Source: Candidatus Bathyarchaeota archaeon (GTDB taxonomy: Archaea; Thermoproteota; Bathyarchaeia; Bathyarchaeales; Bathycorpusculaceae). From it: a DNA stretch of 64,000 nt. Of this stretch, positions 10,121 through 20,199 are shown piece after piece. The notes under the pieces were generated by a model. The model was not told the DNA's origin. It did not search any database and was given only the letters and a program-made list of their open reading frames with translations. Numbering within the stretch: the stretch's first letter is position 1; each line of letters starts with the position of its first letter. Made by a program: the position numbers and the translations under genes. The stretch is taken from positions 32,001 to 96,000 of the forward strand of contig CAVZPM010000036.1 of assembly GCA_963777155.1 (NCBI GenBank), given 5' to 3'.

Positions 10121-10567
10121 TCACTGGAAATACTTTTTGATTTCATCCAATGATAGAACAGCAACGCCTGCCGCAGTCAACATTTGCTCTGCCCGTTCAA
10201 CATTACTTGGCCGCAGAATCAACGCAACTTTCCCATCTAAATGAACCGCTGAAGAATATGCATACTCAATGTTTATGCCGCCGTCGCCTAAAATTTTCGT
10301 AATTTTTGAGAGCGTGTTTTGTTCTGAGATGAAAGTGGCGGTTACTTCCGTGTTCTTCTTTGATTTGGCAAGATTGAACTCTGCGTCCTCCAAAAGCTTA
10401 GAAGCTTTCTGTGGTTCCTCAGTTATCAAACGAACCAAGCCGAATTCGCCTGCATCAGCAATAGACAATGCGAAGACCTTGATTTTGTTTTTGTCAAGCT
10501 GTGACATCGTATCGAATAGTGACCCCGGATGGTTATCAAGGAAAACGCTTACTTGCGGTATAGGCAA
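10121..10567 (-). CDS. Tandem ACT-domain protein (type that accompanies paaK/ior)
   Basis: QVSVFLDNHPGSL...ALSIADAGEFGLVRLI...INIEYAY. Confidence 0.92.
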   Translation of the reverse strand: MPIPQVSVFLDNHPGSLFDTMSQLDKNKIKVFALSIADAGEFGLVRLITEEPQKASKLLEDAEFNLAKSKKNTEVTATFISEQNTLSKITKILGDGGINIEYAYSSAVHLDGKVALILRPSNVERAEQMLTAAGVAVLSLDEIKKYFQ

Positions 10568-10684
10568 ACAGACACCTACAACCAGATAGTTCAGGTTGAT
10601 ATTTAACTTTTAAGGGAAAAATGGTTCTCTACCAACCTTTATATTTCCACATGAATAATTCCTTGCTGACTGGAGACAGCTACT

Positions 10685-11422
10685 TTGCTAAAATGCACCG
10701 AGGTGTCCAAGCGTTTTGGAGGACTTCAAGCATTAGGAAACGTCGACTTCATGGTCAACGATGGTGAGATAGCAGGGCTTGTTGGACCCAACGGCTCAGG
10801 TAAATCAACTCTCCTTAACCTCATTAGCGGCGTTTACAAACCCGACTCAGGAAGAATCATATTTCTAGACCAGGATATCACGAAACTCCCGCCATATAAG
10901 ATCTGTGCATTAGGCATAACCAAAACAGCTCAAACCGTTCAGTCTTTCCCTGAAATGACCGCTGCCGAAAATGTTCTGACAAGCGTGCTGTTTAATGAGA
11001 AAAAGTATAGCGGCAAAACCAACGCACTTCTACGGGCTCAGGAACTTTTGGGGTTTGTAGGACTAAGCAAAGAAAAGTTTGATTTGCCAGCAAAAAAGCT
11101 TAACGTTGTTGAGTTGCGGCGTATCCAGCTTGCCAAAGCCCTAGCAACCAACCCGAAGTTGTTGCTGTTGGACGAGTTGCTAACTGGGTTGACGCCCAAA
11201 GAATCAGATGAAGCAATAGAACTTATCAAAACAATCAACAAACAGGGCGTAACAATATTAATCGTCGAGCATGTCATGAGGGTCATTATGGGTTTGTGCA
11301 GTCGCGTAATAGTATTAAATCACGGCGAAAAAATCTGCGAAGGTGACCCCAAAACGGTGGTTTGCAACGAGAATGTTGTGAAAGTTTACTTGGGTAAACG
11401 TTTCACTTTTGGAGAGGAGTAA
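10685..11422 (+). CDS. livG: HAAT-family ABC transporter ATPase (LivG-like)
   Basis: GPNGSGKST, LLLLDE, IVEH, VVKVYLG. Confidence 0.92.
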   Translation: MLKCTEVSKRFGGLQALGNVDFMVNDGEIAGLVGPNGSGKSTLLNLISGVYKPDSGRIIFLDQDITKLPPYKICALGITKTAQTVQSFPEMTAAENVLTSVLFNEKKYSGKTNALLRAQELLGFVGLSKEKFDLPAKKLNVVELRRIQLAKALATNPKLLLLDELLTGLTPKESDEAIELIKTINKQGVTILIVEHVMRVIMGLCSRVIVLNHGEKICEGDPKTVVCNENVVKVYLGKRFTFGEE

Positions 11423-11425
11423 TAG

Positions 11426-12130
11426 ATGCTTGAAATCGCGAATTTGTCCGCAGCTTATGGCATGGTTCAGATACTCTACAATGTAGATTTCAAGGTGGAA
11501 AAAGGTGAAATTGTGAGCATCATCGGACCAAACGGAGCAGGAAAAACCACTTTGGCAAAAACAATCATGGGCTTTATGCATCCAAAAACTGGCTCAATTA
11601 AGTTTAAGGGTGAAAATATCGAGAAATTGCCCACTTACGAGATAGTCAAGAAAGGCTTGACGATGATTCCTGAAGGCAGGGAAATCTTTCCCCGAATGAC
11701 CGTCGATGAAAACCTTCAACTCGGCGCCTACAACATTGCCGACAAAGCAAAGATAAAGGAAACCAAAGAGAAAGCCTTCGATATTTTTCCAGTCTTAAAA
11801 AAGAAAGAGAAAGTGTTGGCTCAAACTCTAAGCGGTGGAGAGCAGCAAATGCTGGTTATTTGCAGAAGCCTAATGTCTAACCCTCAATTGCTAATCCTCG
11901 ATGAACCTTCGCTGGGATTGGCGCCAATTATCGTGGAGAAAGTTCTCGATACTGTGCGTACAATTAACGAGGAAGGAGTAACGGTGCTCTTGGTAGAGCA
12001 GAACATTCATGATAGCCTAACCGTAGCTGACAGAGGCTACGTTTTGGAGGAGGGCAAGATAATCTTAGAAGGGAAGAGTAGGGAACTTTTATCTAATAGT
12101 CACATAAAAGAAGTGTATCTAGGCCTTTAA
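11426..12130 (+). CDS. livF: HAAT-family ABC transporter ATPase (LivF-like)
   Basis: GPNGAGKTT, PEGREIF, LSGGEQQML, DEPSLGLAP, VEQN. Confidence 0.95.
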   Translation: MLEIANLSAAYGMVQILYNVDFKVEKGEIVSIIGPNGAGKTTLAKTIMGFMHPKTGSIKFKGENIEKLPTYEIVKKGLTMIPEGREIFPRMTVDENLQLGAYNIADKAKIKETKEKAFDIFPVLKKKEKVLAQTLSGGEQQMLVICRSLMSNPQLLILDEPSLGLAPIIVEKVLDTVRTINEEGVTVLLVEQNIHDSLTVADRGYVLEEGKIILEGKSRELLSNSHIKEVYLGL

Positions 12131-12149
12131 ACCAGAGAGGAAAAAGAAC

Positions 12150-13469
12150 TTGGCAGACGGCAAATACTGGAACGAAAAAATAGAAACCATGCCCACACAG
12201 GAAATAAAGAAGCTCCAACTCCAAAAACTCAAGCAACAAGTCAAACACTGCTATGAACACAGCAGCTTTTACAAGAAAAAATTTGACAGCGTCGGCCTTA
12301 AACCCCTCGACATAAAGGCTCTAGACGACTTGCAAAAGATTCCCTTCACCATAAAGAGCGATTTACGTGACAATTATCCCTTCGGTATGGTTGCCGCTAA
12401 ATCAGATGAGATTGTTGAGATTCATGCATCAAGTGGAACCACAGGAAACCCAATAATCGGAGCCTACACCCAGAGCGACATGGACATGTGGCAGGAACTC
12501 ATGGCCCGCAGTATCTACACCACGGGCGGAAGACGCCAAGACGTCATCCACATTGCCTACGGCTATGGCTTGTTCACTGGCGGTTTAGGTTTTCATTACG
12601 GCGCTCAGAAAGTTGGCGCAAAAATCGTTCCGGCAAGCGGCGGAATGACCCAGCGGCAAATTAAACTTATGAAAGACTTAGACGTCACCATTTTAGCCTG
12701 TACACCCAGTTTCGCCGTTTACCTTGCCGAGACGATGGCTCAAGAAGGCGTTGTTCCGCAAAAGGACCTTAAACTTAGATTGGGCATGTTCGGAGCTGAA
12801 CCATGGTCGCACAAAATACGTGAAAGAATCGAAAAGGAAATGGGCATAGAAGCTTTTGACGTTTACGGCTTAACCGAGCTTTGCGGTCCAGGAGTCTCCA
12901 TAGAATGCTCCGAGCATAATGGCCTGCACATTTGGGAAGACCACTTTATTGTAGAAACAATTGACCCTGACACGGGCGAAGTGTTGCCTCAAGGAGAAGA
13001 GGGCGAACTGGTTTTTACAGCGCTTAGCAAAACAGGTTTGCCAATGCTACGCTATAGGACAAGAGACATCTCAAAAATCAATGCAGAAAAATGTGCATGT
13101 GGAAGAACACATGCCAGAATGGACAGGATAACAGGAAGATCAGACGACATGCTAATCATCCGAGGAGTAAATGTGTTCCCATCGCAAATAGAATACGCCG
13201 TTATGTGCTTCGCTGAACTCGCAACTCAATACCTAATCGTCCTTGATAGGCCAGGCGCATTAGACACTTTCGTGGTTAAGGTTGAGTTGTCTGAGAAGGC
13301 CTCCAAAGATGCGACCCTCGATAAAGCTGTCTTGATAAATGAAATCCAAAAGAGAATCCACATAGTGACAGGCATATCTGCTGATGTCCAGATCGTTAAG
13401 CCAGGTGAGCTTCCAAGGACAGAGGGCAAAGCAAAAAGGGTATTGGACTTGCGTAAAGGCAAAATGTAA
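12150..13469 (+). CDS. paaK: Phenylacetate-CoA ligase family (AMP-forming)
   Basis: HASSGTTG, YGYGLFTGGLG, GAEPW, YGLTE, RYRTRD, GRSDDMLIIRGVNVFPSQIE, PRTEGKAKR. Confidence 0.95.
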   Translation: MADGKYWNEKIETMPTQEIKKLQLQKLKQQVKHCYEHSSFYKKKFDSVGLKPLDIKALDDLQKIPFTIKSDLRDNYPFGMVAAKSDEIVEIHASSGTTGNPIIGAYTQSDMDMWQELMARSIYTTGGRRQDVIHIAYGYGLFTGGLGFHYGAQKVGAKIVPASGGMTQRQIKLMKDLDVTILACTPSFAVYLAETMAQEGVVPQKDLKLRLGMFGAEPWSHKIRERIEKEMGIEAFDVYGLTELCGPGVSIECSEHNGLHIWEDHFIVETIDPDTGEVLPQGEEGELVFTALSKTGLPMLRYRTRDISKINAEKCACGRTHARMDRITGRSDDMLIIRGVNVFPSQIEYAVMCFAELATQYLIVLDRPGALDTFVVKVELSEKASKDATLDKAVLINEIQKRIHIVTGISADVQIVKPGELPRTEGKAKRVLDLRKGKM

Positions 13470-13480
13470 AGGACAAACTT

Positions 13481-15670
13481 ATGACTTCCAAGATTGCACA
13501 AGATAAACCGGGCACCTTTGTCTTGCTTAACGGTGATGAAGCAGTTGCACGAGGCGCAGTAGAAGCTACCGTCAAAGTTGCTGCTTCATACCCCGGAACA
13601 CCTGCAACCGAAATCTTGGAAACACTCGCTGAAGTTGCGAAAGATTTTGGAATCTATGCCGAATGGAGCATTAACGAGATAGTAGCTGCGGAAGTTGCGG
13701 CGGGCGCATCAATGACTGGAGTGCGTTCGATTGTATCTATGAAACATGTAGGGCTTAATGTCGCTGCAGACGCCGCCATGACTTTAGCCTACACTGGAGT
13801 TGAAGGAGGCATGGTAATCGCTGTCTGCGACGACCCAGCACTACATAGTAGCCAAAACGAACAGGACACCCGCTTCTTTGCAGTTCATTCCAAGTTGCCA
13901 CTACTAGACGCTGGTAATCCTCAAGAAGCCCACGACATGGCAAAAGAAGCTTTCGAAATCAGCGAAAAACTCCACCTTCCTATAATTTTGCGCCTGACCA
14001 CTAGAGTCGCCCACGGAAAATCAAGGGTAAAACTTGGGACTTTCCAGAAACTTAACCGTCGAGCCAACTTTGGGAAAGACAGCTCAAAATGGGTAATGGT
14101 TCCTTCCAACGCAATACGACAGCATCGTGTTTTGGAAGGCAGGCTAGCGGAGGCAAAGGGGCTAGCTGAAAACTCAAGGTTCAACACCATAGAAGATAAC
14201 GGAAGCGAAATAGGCATCGTTGGAAGCGGAGTCGGCTATTATTATGCAAGATCAATTCTCGATTCAGCCAAGTTTTCTTGGCTAAAGCTGGGTTTCGTTC
14301 ATCCTTTCCCAGCGGAAATCGTTAGGGTATTTGCTTCTAAAGTTAAAAAAATAATAGTTATCGAAGAATTAAGACCCTATATAGAGGAGAACATTCAGAG
14401 GTTAGGTTTTCAAGTAATTGGCAAAAAAATGTTAGGGCTCGAAGAAATCGGCGAATTCACACCTGATAACATCCGATTAGCCTTTGCAAAGTTGGAATTG
14501 GCAGCTCAAGCGGAAAAACAGGAAGCCATAGATTTACCTCCACGTCCACCAGCGCTTTGCCCCGGATGCCCTCATAGAGCATTTTACTACGCCCTAAACA
14601 TGACCAACCAATACGTGAACTGTGACAACGAGAAATGTGTTGGCTGCGACATCTGCGAATATGCATGCTCTTTTGAGAAGGAAAAAATCTTCAATCCACT
14701 CAAGTCGCGGATTCGCTCAATAAGAATTAACCAAACTTTCAATACAGCTGTCACCTGCAAAGCCTGCTTGAACGCTCCATGCATCAATGCATGCCCCGAA
14801 AATGCTATAAGCCAAACAGAAAAAGGAACGATCGTTATAGATGAACAAAAATGCAAAGGCTGCGACTGGTGCATAGATGCTTGTCAATACGGAGCGTTAA
14901 CACTCCACCCCAGCAGCCACAAAGCAATTGTCTGCGACCTATGCGGGGGCGAACCAAAATGCATTCCTGCCTGCCCAGAGAGCGCATTAAGTTTGACGGG
15001 AAAATCCAGCGACAAAATCGTAACAGGCGACATCGGTTGCTACACTCTCGGTGTTTTACCTCCTGTCGGTGCAGTCCAAACTTGCCTTTGCATGGGAGCA
15101 GGAATTTCTCAAGCAGCTGGAATGATTCATGCAGGAGTTAAAGAAAAAGTGTTCGCAGTCATCGGTGACTCAACTTTTTTCCATGCAGGAATGCCGGGAC
15201 TACTAAACATAGTGTATAACAAAGCAAATGTCTGCGTTATCGTAATGGATAATAGCGTAGTTGCTATGACTGGTCATCAACCAACACCTGGCTCAGGAAA
15301 AACTGCCATGGGATTCGATGCAAAAATCATCGATATAAAAGACATCGCAAAAGCTGTCGGAATCGAAAAAGTAACCAGAGTTGATCCTTATGATCTTAAA
15401 GCTACAAGCACCGCCATACATGAAGCAATCAACTACCAAGGCCCATCAGTAATCATTTCCCAGCGAGCATGCCCACTCTTAGTTGAGAAAGGCAAACAAA
15501 GGGAAATCAAAGAAGAATGCAACGCCTGCGGCGTTTGCGTAAAAGCGTTCGGTTGCCCAGCCATAAGCTTAGTAAACGAACGGGCTGAAATCGACCCAAC
15601 CCTCTGCAACGGCTGCGGAGTCTGCGAAACCGTCTGCCCCTTCGACGCGATAAGGAGAAAAGAGATATGA
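13481..15670 (+). CDS. iorA: Indolepyruvate:ferredoxin oxidoreductase alpha subunit with an inserted 4x[4Fe-4S] domain
   Basis: YPGTP, MKHVGLNVA, SSQNEQD, LCPGCPHR, GDIGC, IGDSTFFH, MTGHQP, C-terminal 2x[4Fe-4S]; extra domain at 14600-15016. Confidence 0.95.
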   Translation: MTSKIAQDKPGTFVLLNGDEAVARGAVEATVKVAASYPGTPATEILETLAEVAKDFGIYAEWSINEIVAAEVAAGASMTGVRSIVSMKHVGLNVAADAAMTLAYTGVEGGMVIAVCDDPALHSSQNEQDTRFFAVHSKLPLLDAGNPQEAHDMAKEAFEISEKLHLPIILRLTTRVAHGKSRVKLGTFQKLNRRANFGKDSSKWVMVPSNAIRQHRVLEGRLAEAKGLAENSRFNTIEDNGSEIGIVGSGVGYYYARSILDSAKFSWLKLGFVHPFPAEIVRVFASKVKKIIVIEELRPYIEENIQRLGFQVIGKKMLGLEEIGEFTPDNIRLAFAKLELAAQAEKQEAIDLPPRPPALCPGCPHRAFYYALNMTNQYVNCDNEKCVGCDICEYACSFEKEKIFNPLKSRIRSIRINQTFNTAVTCKACLNAPCINACPENAISQTEKGTIVIDEQKCKGCDWCIDACQYGALTLHPSSHKAIVCDLCGGEPKCIPACPESALSLTGKSSDKIVTGDIGCYTLGVLPPVGAVQTCLCMGAGISQAAGMIHAGVKEKVFAVIGDSTFFHAGMPGLLNIVYNKANVCVIVMDNSVVAMTGHQPTPGSGKTAMGFDAKIIDIKDIAKAVGIEKVTRVDPYDLKATSTAIHEAINYQGPSVIISQRACPLLVEKGKQREIKEECNACGVCVKAFGCPAISLVNERAEIDPTLCNGCGVCETVCPFDAIRRKEI

Positions 15671-16254
15671 ATCTTGATATAGTTTTTAGTGGCGTGGGTG
15701 GACAAGGAGTCGTAGTTCTTAGTGACATATATTGTGAGGCTGCAATGCTTGAGGGTTTCGATGTTGCAAAAGCTGAGATTCACGGCATGGCTCAGCGTGG
15801 AGGCTCAATAGTTGCATACACAAGAATCGGCACTAAAGTTGAGTCACCCCTAATTGAGACGGGAAAAGCCGATGTCGTCGTTGGTTTTGAGATTTTGGAA
15901 ACAGCAAGAGCGCTGACTATGCTCAAAAAGAATGGCTCAGTGATTGTAAATATGAAGTATATTCCACCTAATTGTGTAGCTTCAGGCGTTAAACCTAAAA
16001 AGATAGAGGAGCTAATGATGCTGCTTCGAGCTAAGGCGCTGGTTCATGAAGTGGATGGCGTTGGCATTGCACAGAAACTGGGTAATATGCTGGTTGTTAA
16101 TACTATCCTCTTAGGTGCGCTTTCGGCGCTTCCAGAGATTCCTGTGAAGGTGGAGTCTTTCCAGAAGGCTATGGCAGGCAGGCTTAAAGAAAAATACATC
16201 AATTTGAACCTTAAAGCCTTTCAGTTAGGCAGGGAAACCGTGATAAAGAGTTAA
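15667..16254 (+). CDS. iorB: Indolepyruvate:ferredoxin oxidoreductase beta subunit
   Basis: GVGGQG, EIHGMAQRGGS, NTILLGAL, NLKAF. Confidence 0.95.
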   Translation: MNLDIVFSGVGGQGVVVLSDIYCEAAMLEGFDVAKAEIHGMAQRGGSIVAYTRIGTKVESPLIETGKADVVVGFEILETARALTMLKKNGSVIVNMKYIPPNCVASGVKPKKIEELMMLLRAKALVHEVDGVGIAQKLGNMLVVNTILLGALSALPEIPVKVESFQKAMAGRLKEKYINLNLKAFQLGRETVIKS

Positions 16255-16307
16255 TTTTATTAACGTTTCCTTGTGATATAGCAAAGAAAAAACAAGAGGA
16301 AAGTAAA

Positions 16308-17681
16308 GTGCAAAAGAAAATACTCGCTATATTAGTCGTTGTAATAATTGCTGTTGCAGCAGTAGCAGCCATAGAATTATACCCCAAAGCAGCATCACCT
16401 GACGCAAGAGACATAAAGATTGGACTAGTAGCACCAATATCAGGATCGCCGATTGGGCAAGACATGGAACGAGCCGCTGAACTAGCCGTTAAGGAAATCA
16501 ACGATGCAGGCGGAGTCTATGTTTCAAGCTGGAACACCAAAGTAAACATAACCCTTGTACTCGCTGACACAATTAATGATGCCCCAGCCAACGCAGTAAC
16601 CCCAGTTACCCGCGCAGTAGAAACAGACAACGTCGACATGCTCATAGGCGGATACGGCAGCGCAGGAACACTAGCCAACGAGATAGTAGCCATCGAAAAC
16701 AGAGTGCCATACATCATCTCTGGAGCTTCTAACCAACTCGTAACAAGGAGAGGACCACAAGGTAACTATGGCGGCTTTGGACCAAATGGTGCAAACAGTG
16801 TAAGCGACGCAGAAGGCATGAGCTACATCTTCCATTATTGCACAACAACTTACCACTACAGCAAAACAGTCGTTGACTTCTTCGCATCCGAAATGAAACC
16901 CATGGTTGCAGAGAATCGTAACTTCAGTCTTGCATTGCTCTACCGCAATGACGCTTTCGGAACAGGAGTTGCAGCGGCAACTAAATTCTGGATACAGAAC
17001 GAAAGCCTCCCAATCAATATCGTTGCAGACAGAAGCTATGACCCCACAACCACAAACTACCAAACTGACCTAACAGCGGTCGCCGCAGCACATCCAGATG
17101 CAGTTTTCATCGCTGACAACCCCGATAAAACACCACTCATAATAAAACAAGGATGGGACGACGTTGGCTTAAAGACTGTCTATATAGCAGTTGAAAACAA
17201 CCAAGATGAAGCCTTCTACGACCTTCTGGGAAGCGTAGGTGACGGACAGCTTCTCGAGTCAAAACTTAATCCCTTCATGACACCTTCGTACTCTACAGTT
17301 GTAGAAAACTATGCTAAGGCTTTCGACGTAGCCTATCCACATGTTATGCCGGGAATGATGGGTGCCGATACATATGATGCAGTATACATCGCTAAAGACG
17401 CAATCCAAAGAGCAGGATCAGTTGACAAAGCAGCAGTTCGCACAGCAATCGAGAGCACAAACATCGACCAAATGCTTATCCAAACAAAGACAGGCAAAAT
17501 ACAGTTTAGCACAGGGGTCAACTACCACGAAATCGACCCAGTAACCTTCATTGAGCAACTTAAATGGGATGCATCAACCAGTCATCTGACATCACAAATA
17601 GTTTGGTCACCACCAAGCAGTACCAACCTCAAACAAGCAGACTTCGTCTTACCAACAGGCTACCTATCTGGAGATCACTAG
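16308..17681 (+). CDS. livK: HAAT-family ABC substrate-binding protein, N-terminally anchored
   Basis: IKIGLVAPISG, EINDAGG, GGYGS, YDAVYI; N-terminal TM. Confidence 0.88.
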   Translation: MQKKILAILVVVIIAVAAVAAIELYPKAASPDARDIKIGLVAPISGSPIGQDMERAAELAVKEINDAGGVYVSSWNTKVNITLVLADTINDAPANAVTPVTRAVETDNVDMLIGGYGSAGTLANEIVAIENRVPYIISGASNQLVTRRGPQGNYGGFGPNGANSVSDAEGMSYIFHYCTTTYHYSKTVVDFFASEMKPMVAENRNFSLALLYRNDAFGTGVAAATKFWIQNESLPINIVADRSYDPTTTNYQTDLTAVAAAHPDAVFIADNPDKTPLIIKQGWDDVGLKTVYIAVENNQDEAFYDLLGSVGDGQLLESKLNPFMTPSYSTVVENYAKAFDVAYPHVMPGMMGADTYDAVYIAKDAIQRAGSVDKAAVRTAIESTNIDQMLIQTKTGKIQFSTGVNYHEIDPVTFIEQLKWDASTSHLTSQIVWSPPSSTNLKQADFVLPTGYLSGDH

Positions 17682-17786
17682 ATAAAAACCAACCTCCCTC
17701 CCTTTTCTTTTATTTCTCGCATGTTTTAAATAGTTAACAAGAGAAGTTATGTCAATCGCCAAAATAAAGAAAGGATGCGATAGACC

Positions 17787-18665
17787 ATGGACTTAACGGC
17801 ACCAACAATACTCCTAACGTTAGTTTGGGGTGTTGCCATCGGTTGTGTATACATTCTTCTGGCAACGGGTCTAAATATAATCTTTGGCGTAATGAAACTC
17901 GTTAATTTTGCCCATGGTCAGTTGCTCATGATAAGTGCGTTCTTAACATGGACAATATCTGTTTCATTGGGGGTAAACGCTTATCTCGCCATAATAATAT
18001 CTATGATTATTGTTGCCCTATTAGGGGTGGTAGTTGAAAGATTCACCTTTCGCAGGGTTCTGGGCACGGACAAACTTAACGAAATATTTGTGAGCTTGGG
18101 TCTAATCTACATTTTTGAAAACGTAGCTATGCTCATTTGGGGAGCCAGTTCAAAGCAAGTGACTAGCCCTTTTTATGGTATGAGCGTTAGTTTACCGGGC
18201 TTCTCAATAACATATGACCGAGTCATAGCTGTGTTCGTAGTGGTCGCTGCACTTGCAACTTTTGGCTTGCTTCTTTGGAAAACGAAAATTGGGTTAGCCA
18301 TGCGAGCAACCAGCCAAAGAAACACAACAGCTACGCTAATGGGGATAAACGTCCAGAAAGTTTACATGTTTACCTTCGCAATTGGAGCCGCGTTAGCAGC
18401 GGTCGCTGGAGGATTGTATGGCGTAATTTACCCCTTTGACTATCAGGTTGGGGCTCTACCTACAATCATTGCTTTCGCCATCATAATAATGGGCGGTTTA
18501 GGAAGCATAAAAGGCGCTATAATCGGCGGCTTACTCTACGGCATAACAGAGCAGATGGCAACCCTGTTTTTGGGAGGTACATGGGGAAGTGCAGTTGCTT
18601 TCACCTTGCTAATTGTTGTACTTATAATTAGACCGAATGGAATATTCGGGGAGAAGGGAGAATAA
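17787..18665 (+). CDS. livH: HAAT-family ABC permease (LivH-like)
   Basis: GLNIIFGVMKLVNFAHG, GLAMRA, IIMGGLGSI, RPNGIFG. Confidence 0.93.
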   Translation: MDLTAPTILLTLVWGVAIGCVYILLATGLNIIFGVMKLVNFAHGQLLMISAFLTWTISVSLGVNAYLAIIISMIIVALLGVVVERFTFRRVLGTDKLNEIFVSLGLIYIFENVAMLIWGASSKQVTSPFYGMSVSLPGFSITYDRVIAVFVVVAALATFGLLLWKTKIGLAMRATSQRNTTATLMGINVQKVYMFTFAIGAALAAVAGGLYGVIYPFDYQVGALPTIIAFAIIIMGGLGSIKGAIIGGLLYGITEQMATLFLGGTWGSAVAFTLLIVVLIIRPNGIFGEKGE

Positions 18666-18666
18666 A

Positions 18667-19761
18667 ATGCAAATCAAACAAACACTAAGCAGGTTCTTGC
18701 ATTCTAGGAGCTTCCTCTTCATCGTTGCCTTCTTTGTCATCATGGCTTTTATTCCATTACTTTTTCGAGATAATTTTTTCCTAACAGTCATGACACTAAT
18801 AACTATCTTTTCAATCTACGCCGCAAGCTGGAATTTCTTGGCAAATTCAGGGCAGGGTTCCCTAGGACACGCTGTATTCTTAGGCGTAGGCGGCTTTGCC
18901 TCAGCAATAATTGGCAGTTCAATATCGAAAGCGACAGTAAATTTTCTTGGCACCACCCAAATGCCGGTGGGCGGTTTATCCGCTACTATCTTAATAGTAG
19001 CGCTTCTGCTAGGCGGACTACTTTCAGCGGGAGTTGGGTTACTGATAGGTTTAGCCTGCATAAGACTGAAGGCATGGTACTTGGCTATGGTAACGTTTGG
19101 TTTTTCAGTGATAGCGGCAACATTGTCAAGTCAATTTGATTCAATCACCCAGGGAATAAACGGATATGCTACGACAACGCTTGTGGCCAAAGGTTACCCA
19201 TTTTACCTTCTGGTTGTTCTCTTCGCTTTGACCTCCATTTCGGTAATGTACTTCATAATGAATTCAAGAATGGGGTTAGCATTCAGAGCAATCCATGGAA
19301 ATGAAACCGAAGCAAAGATGATTGGAGTAAACACCGCAAAATACAAGTTGCTAGCTTTTATCATAAGCACATTCTTCGCCGGGATATCTGGAGGCTTGTA
19401 CGCTTACTTTATCAGACTCATCGACAACTCAATCTTTTCACCAGCAAACTCATTCCTACCGCTAATAATGTCAGTCATCGGAGGCTTAGGAACAGTTCCA
19501 GGACCAATCATCGGATCAATATTCTTGGTCTCAATCCAGCAAATCTCCACATTACCCACTGTTGTTAATTCCCTAAATGGCGCACTTGGGATGTATTTCC
19601 CAAGTGTAAGTAACGTTGGACCACCTTTGAGCCTCCTAGCCATAGGCGTAATACTTATAGTCATCGTGATCTTCGCTCCAAAAGGCTTGATATCACTGCT
19701 CCGCAAAATCTACAAATACCTTATGTCCGAACCAAAAAACAAAGAGACAAAACTCAAATGA
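18667..19761 (+). CDS. livM: HAAT-family ABC permease (LivM-like)
   Basis: GQGSLGHAVF, YLAMVT, GLAFRAI, VIGGLGT, PKGL; ATG at 18667. Confidence 0.92.
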   Translation: MQIKQTLSRFLHSRSFLFIVAFFVIMAFIPLLFRDNFFLTVMTLITIFSIYAASWNFLANSGQGSLGHAVFLGVGGFASAIIGSSISKATVNFLGTTQMPVGGLSATILIVALLLGGLLSAGVGLLIGLACIRLKAWYLAMVTFGFSVIAATLSSQFDSITQGINGYATTTLVAKGYPFYLLVVLFALTSISVMYFIMNSRMGLAFRAIHGNETEAKMIGVNTAKYKLLAFIISTFFAGISGGLYAYFIRLIDNSIFSPANSFLPLIMSVIGGLGTVPGPIIGSIFLVSIQQISTLPTVVNSLNGALGMYFPSVSNVGPPLSLLAIGVILIVIVIFAPKGLISLLRKIYKYLMSEPKNKETKLK

Positions 19762-20120
19762 AAGGCACAGATCATTTTGCAGAAGCCTTAGGCATCAATG
19801 TTCTTGAAGCAAAGGACGGTTACGCAAAAGTAACGATGAAGGTTGAAAAGATCCATACAAACGCCTTAGGGTTTACACATGGTGGCGCAATCTTTTCGTT
19901 GGCAGACTACGCGTTTGCTCAGGCATGCAACTTCGGCGACAACGTTGCAGTGGCGGTTCAAGTTAGCATAAACTTTCTTAAGCCCTCAGTAGAAGGCGAC
20001 ACGTTGATCGCAGAGGCAACCCGGGTTTCAGACGGCAAAACAATGGGCTTATACAATGTTATAGTATGCAATCAAAGCAAACAGGTTGCTGTTTTTTCGG
20101 GTTTAGCCTTTAAAAAGTAA
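19758..20120 (+). CDS. paaI: PaaI-family hotdog thioesterase
   Basis: N..G..HGGAIFSLADYAF..ACN motif. Confidence 0.92.
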   Translation: MKGTDHFAEALGINVLEAKDGYAKVTMKVEKIHTNALGFTHGGAIFSLADYAFAQACNFGDNVAVAVQVSINFLKPSVEGDTLIAEATRVSDGKTMGLYNVIVCNQSKQVAVFSGLAFKK

Positions 20121-20199
20121 GCAAGCGTTTTGGCGGATGGAATAAAAAGTAGGCTATGCCAACAATATTTTTATGTCAGTCATAGCCCTAGAATCACGT

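Noticed and set aside
14600-15016. IorA insertion as a possible intein
   Set aside because: No Cys/Ser start with His-Asn end and no LAGLIDADG motifs; it is a ferredoxin
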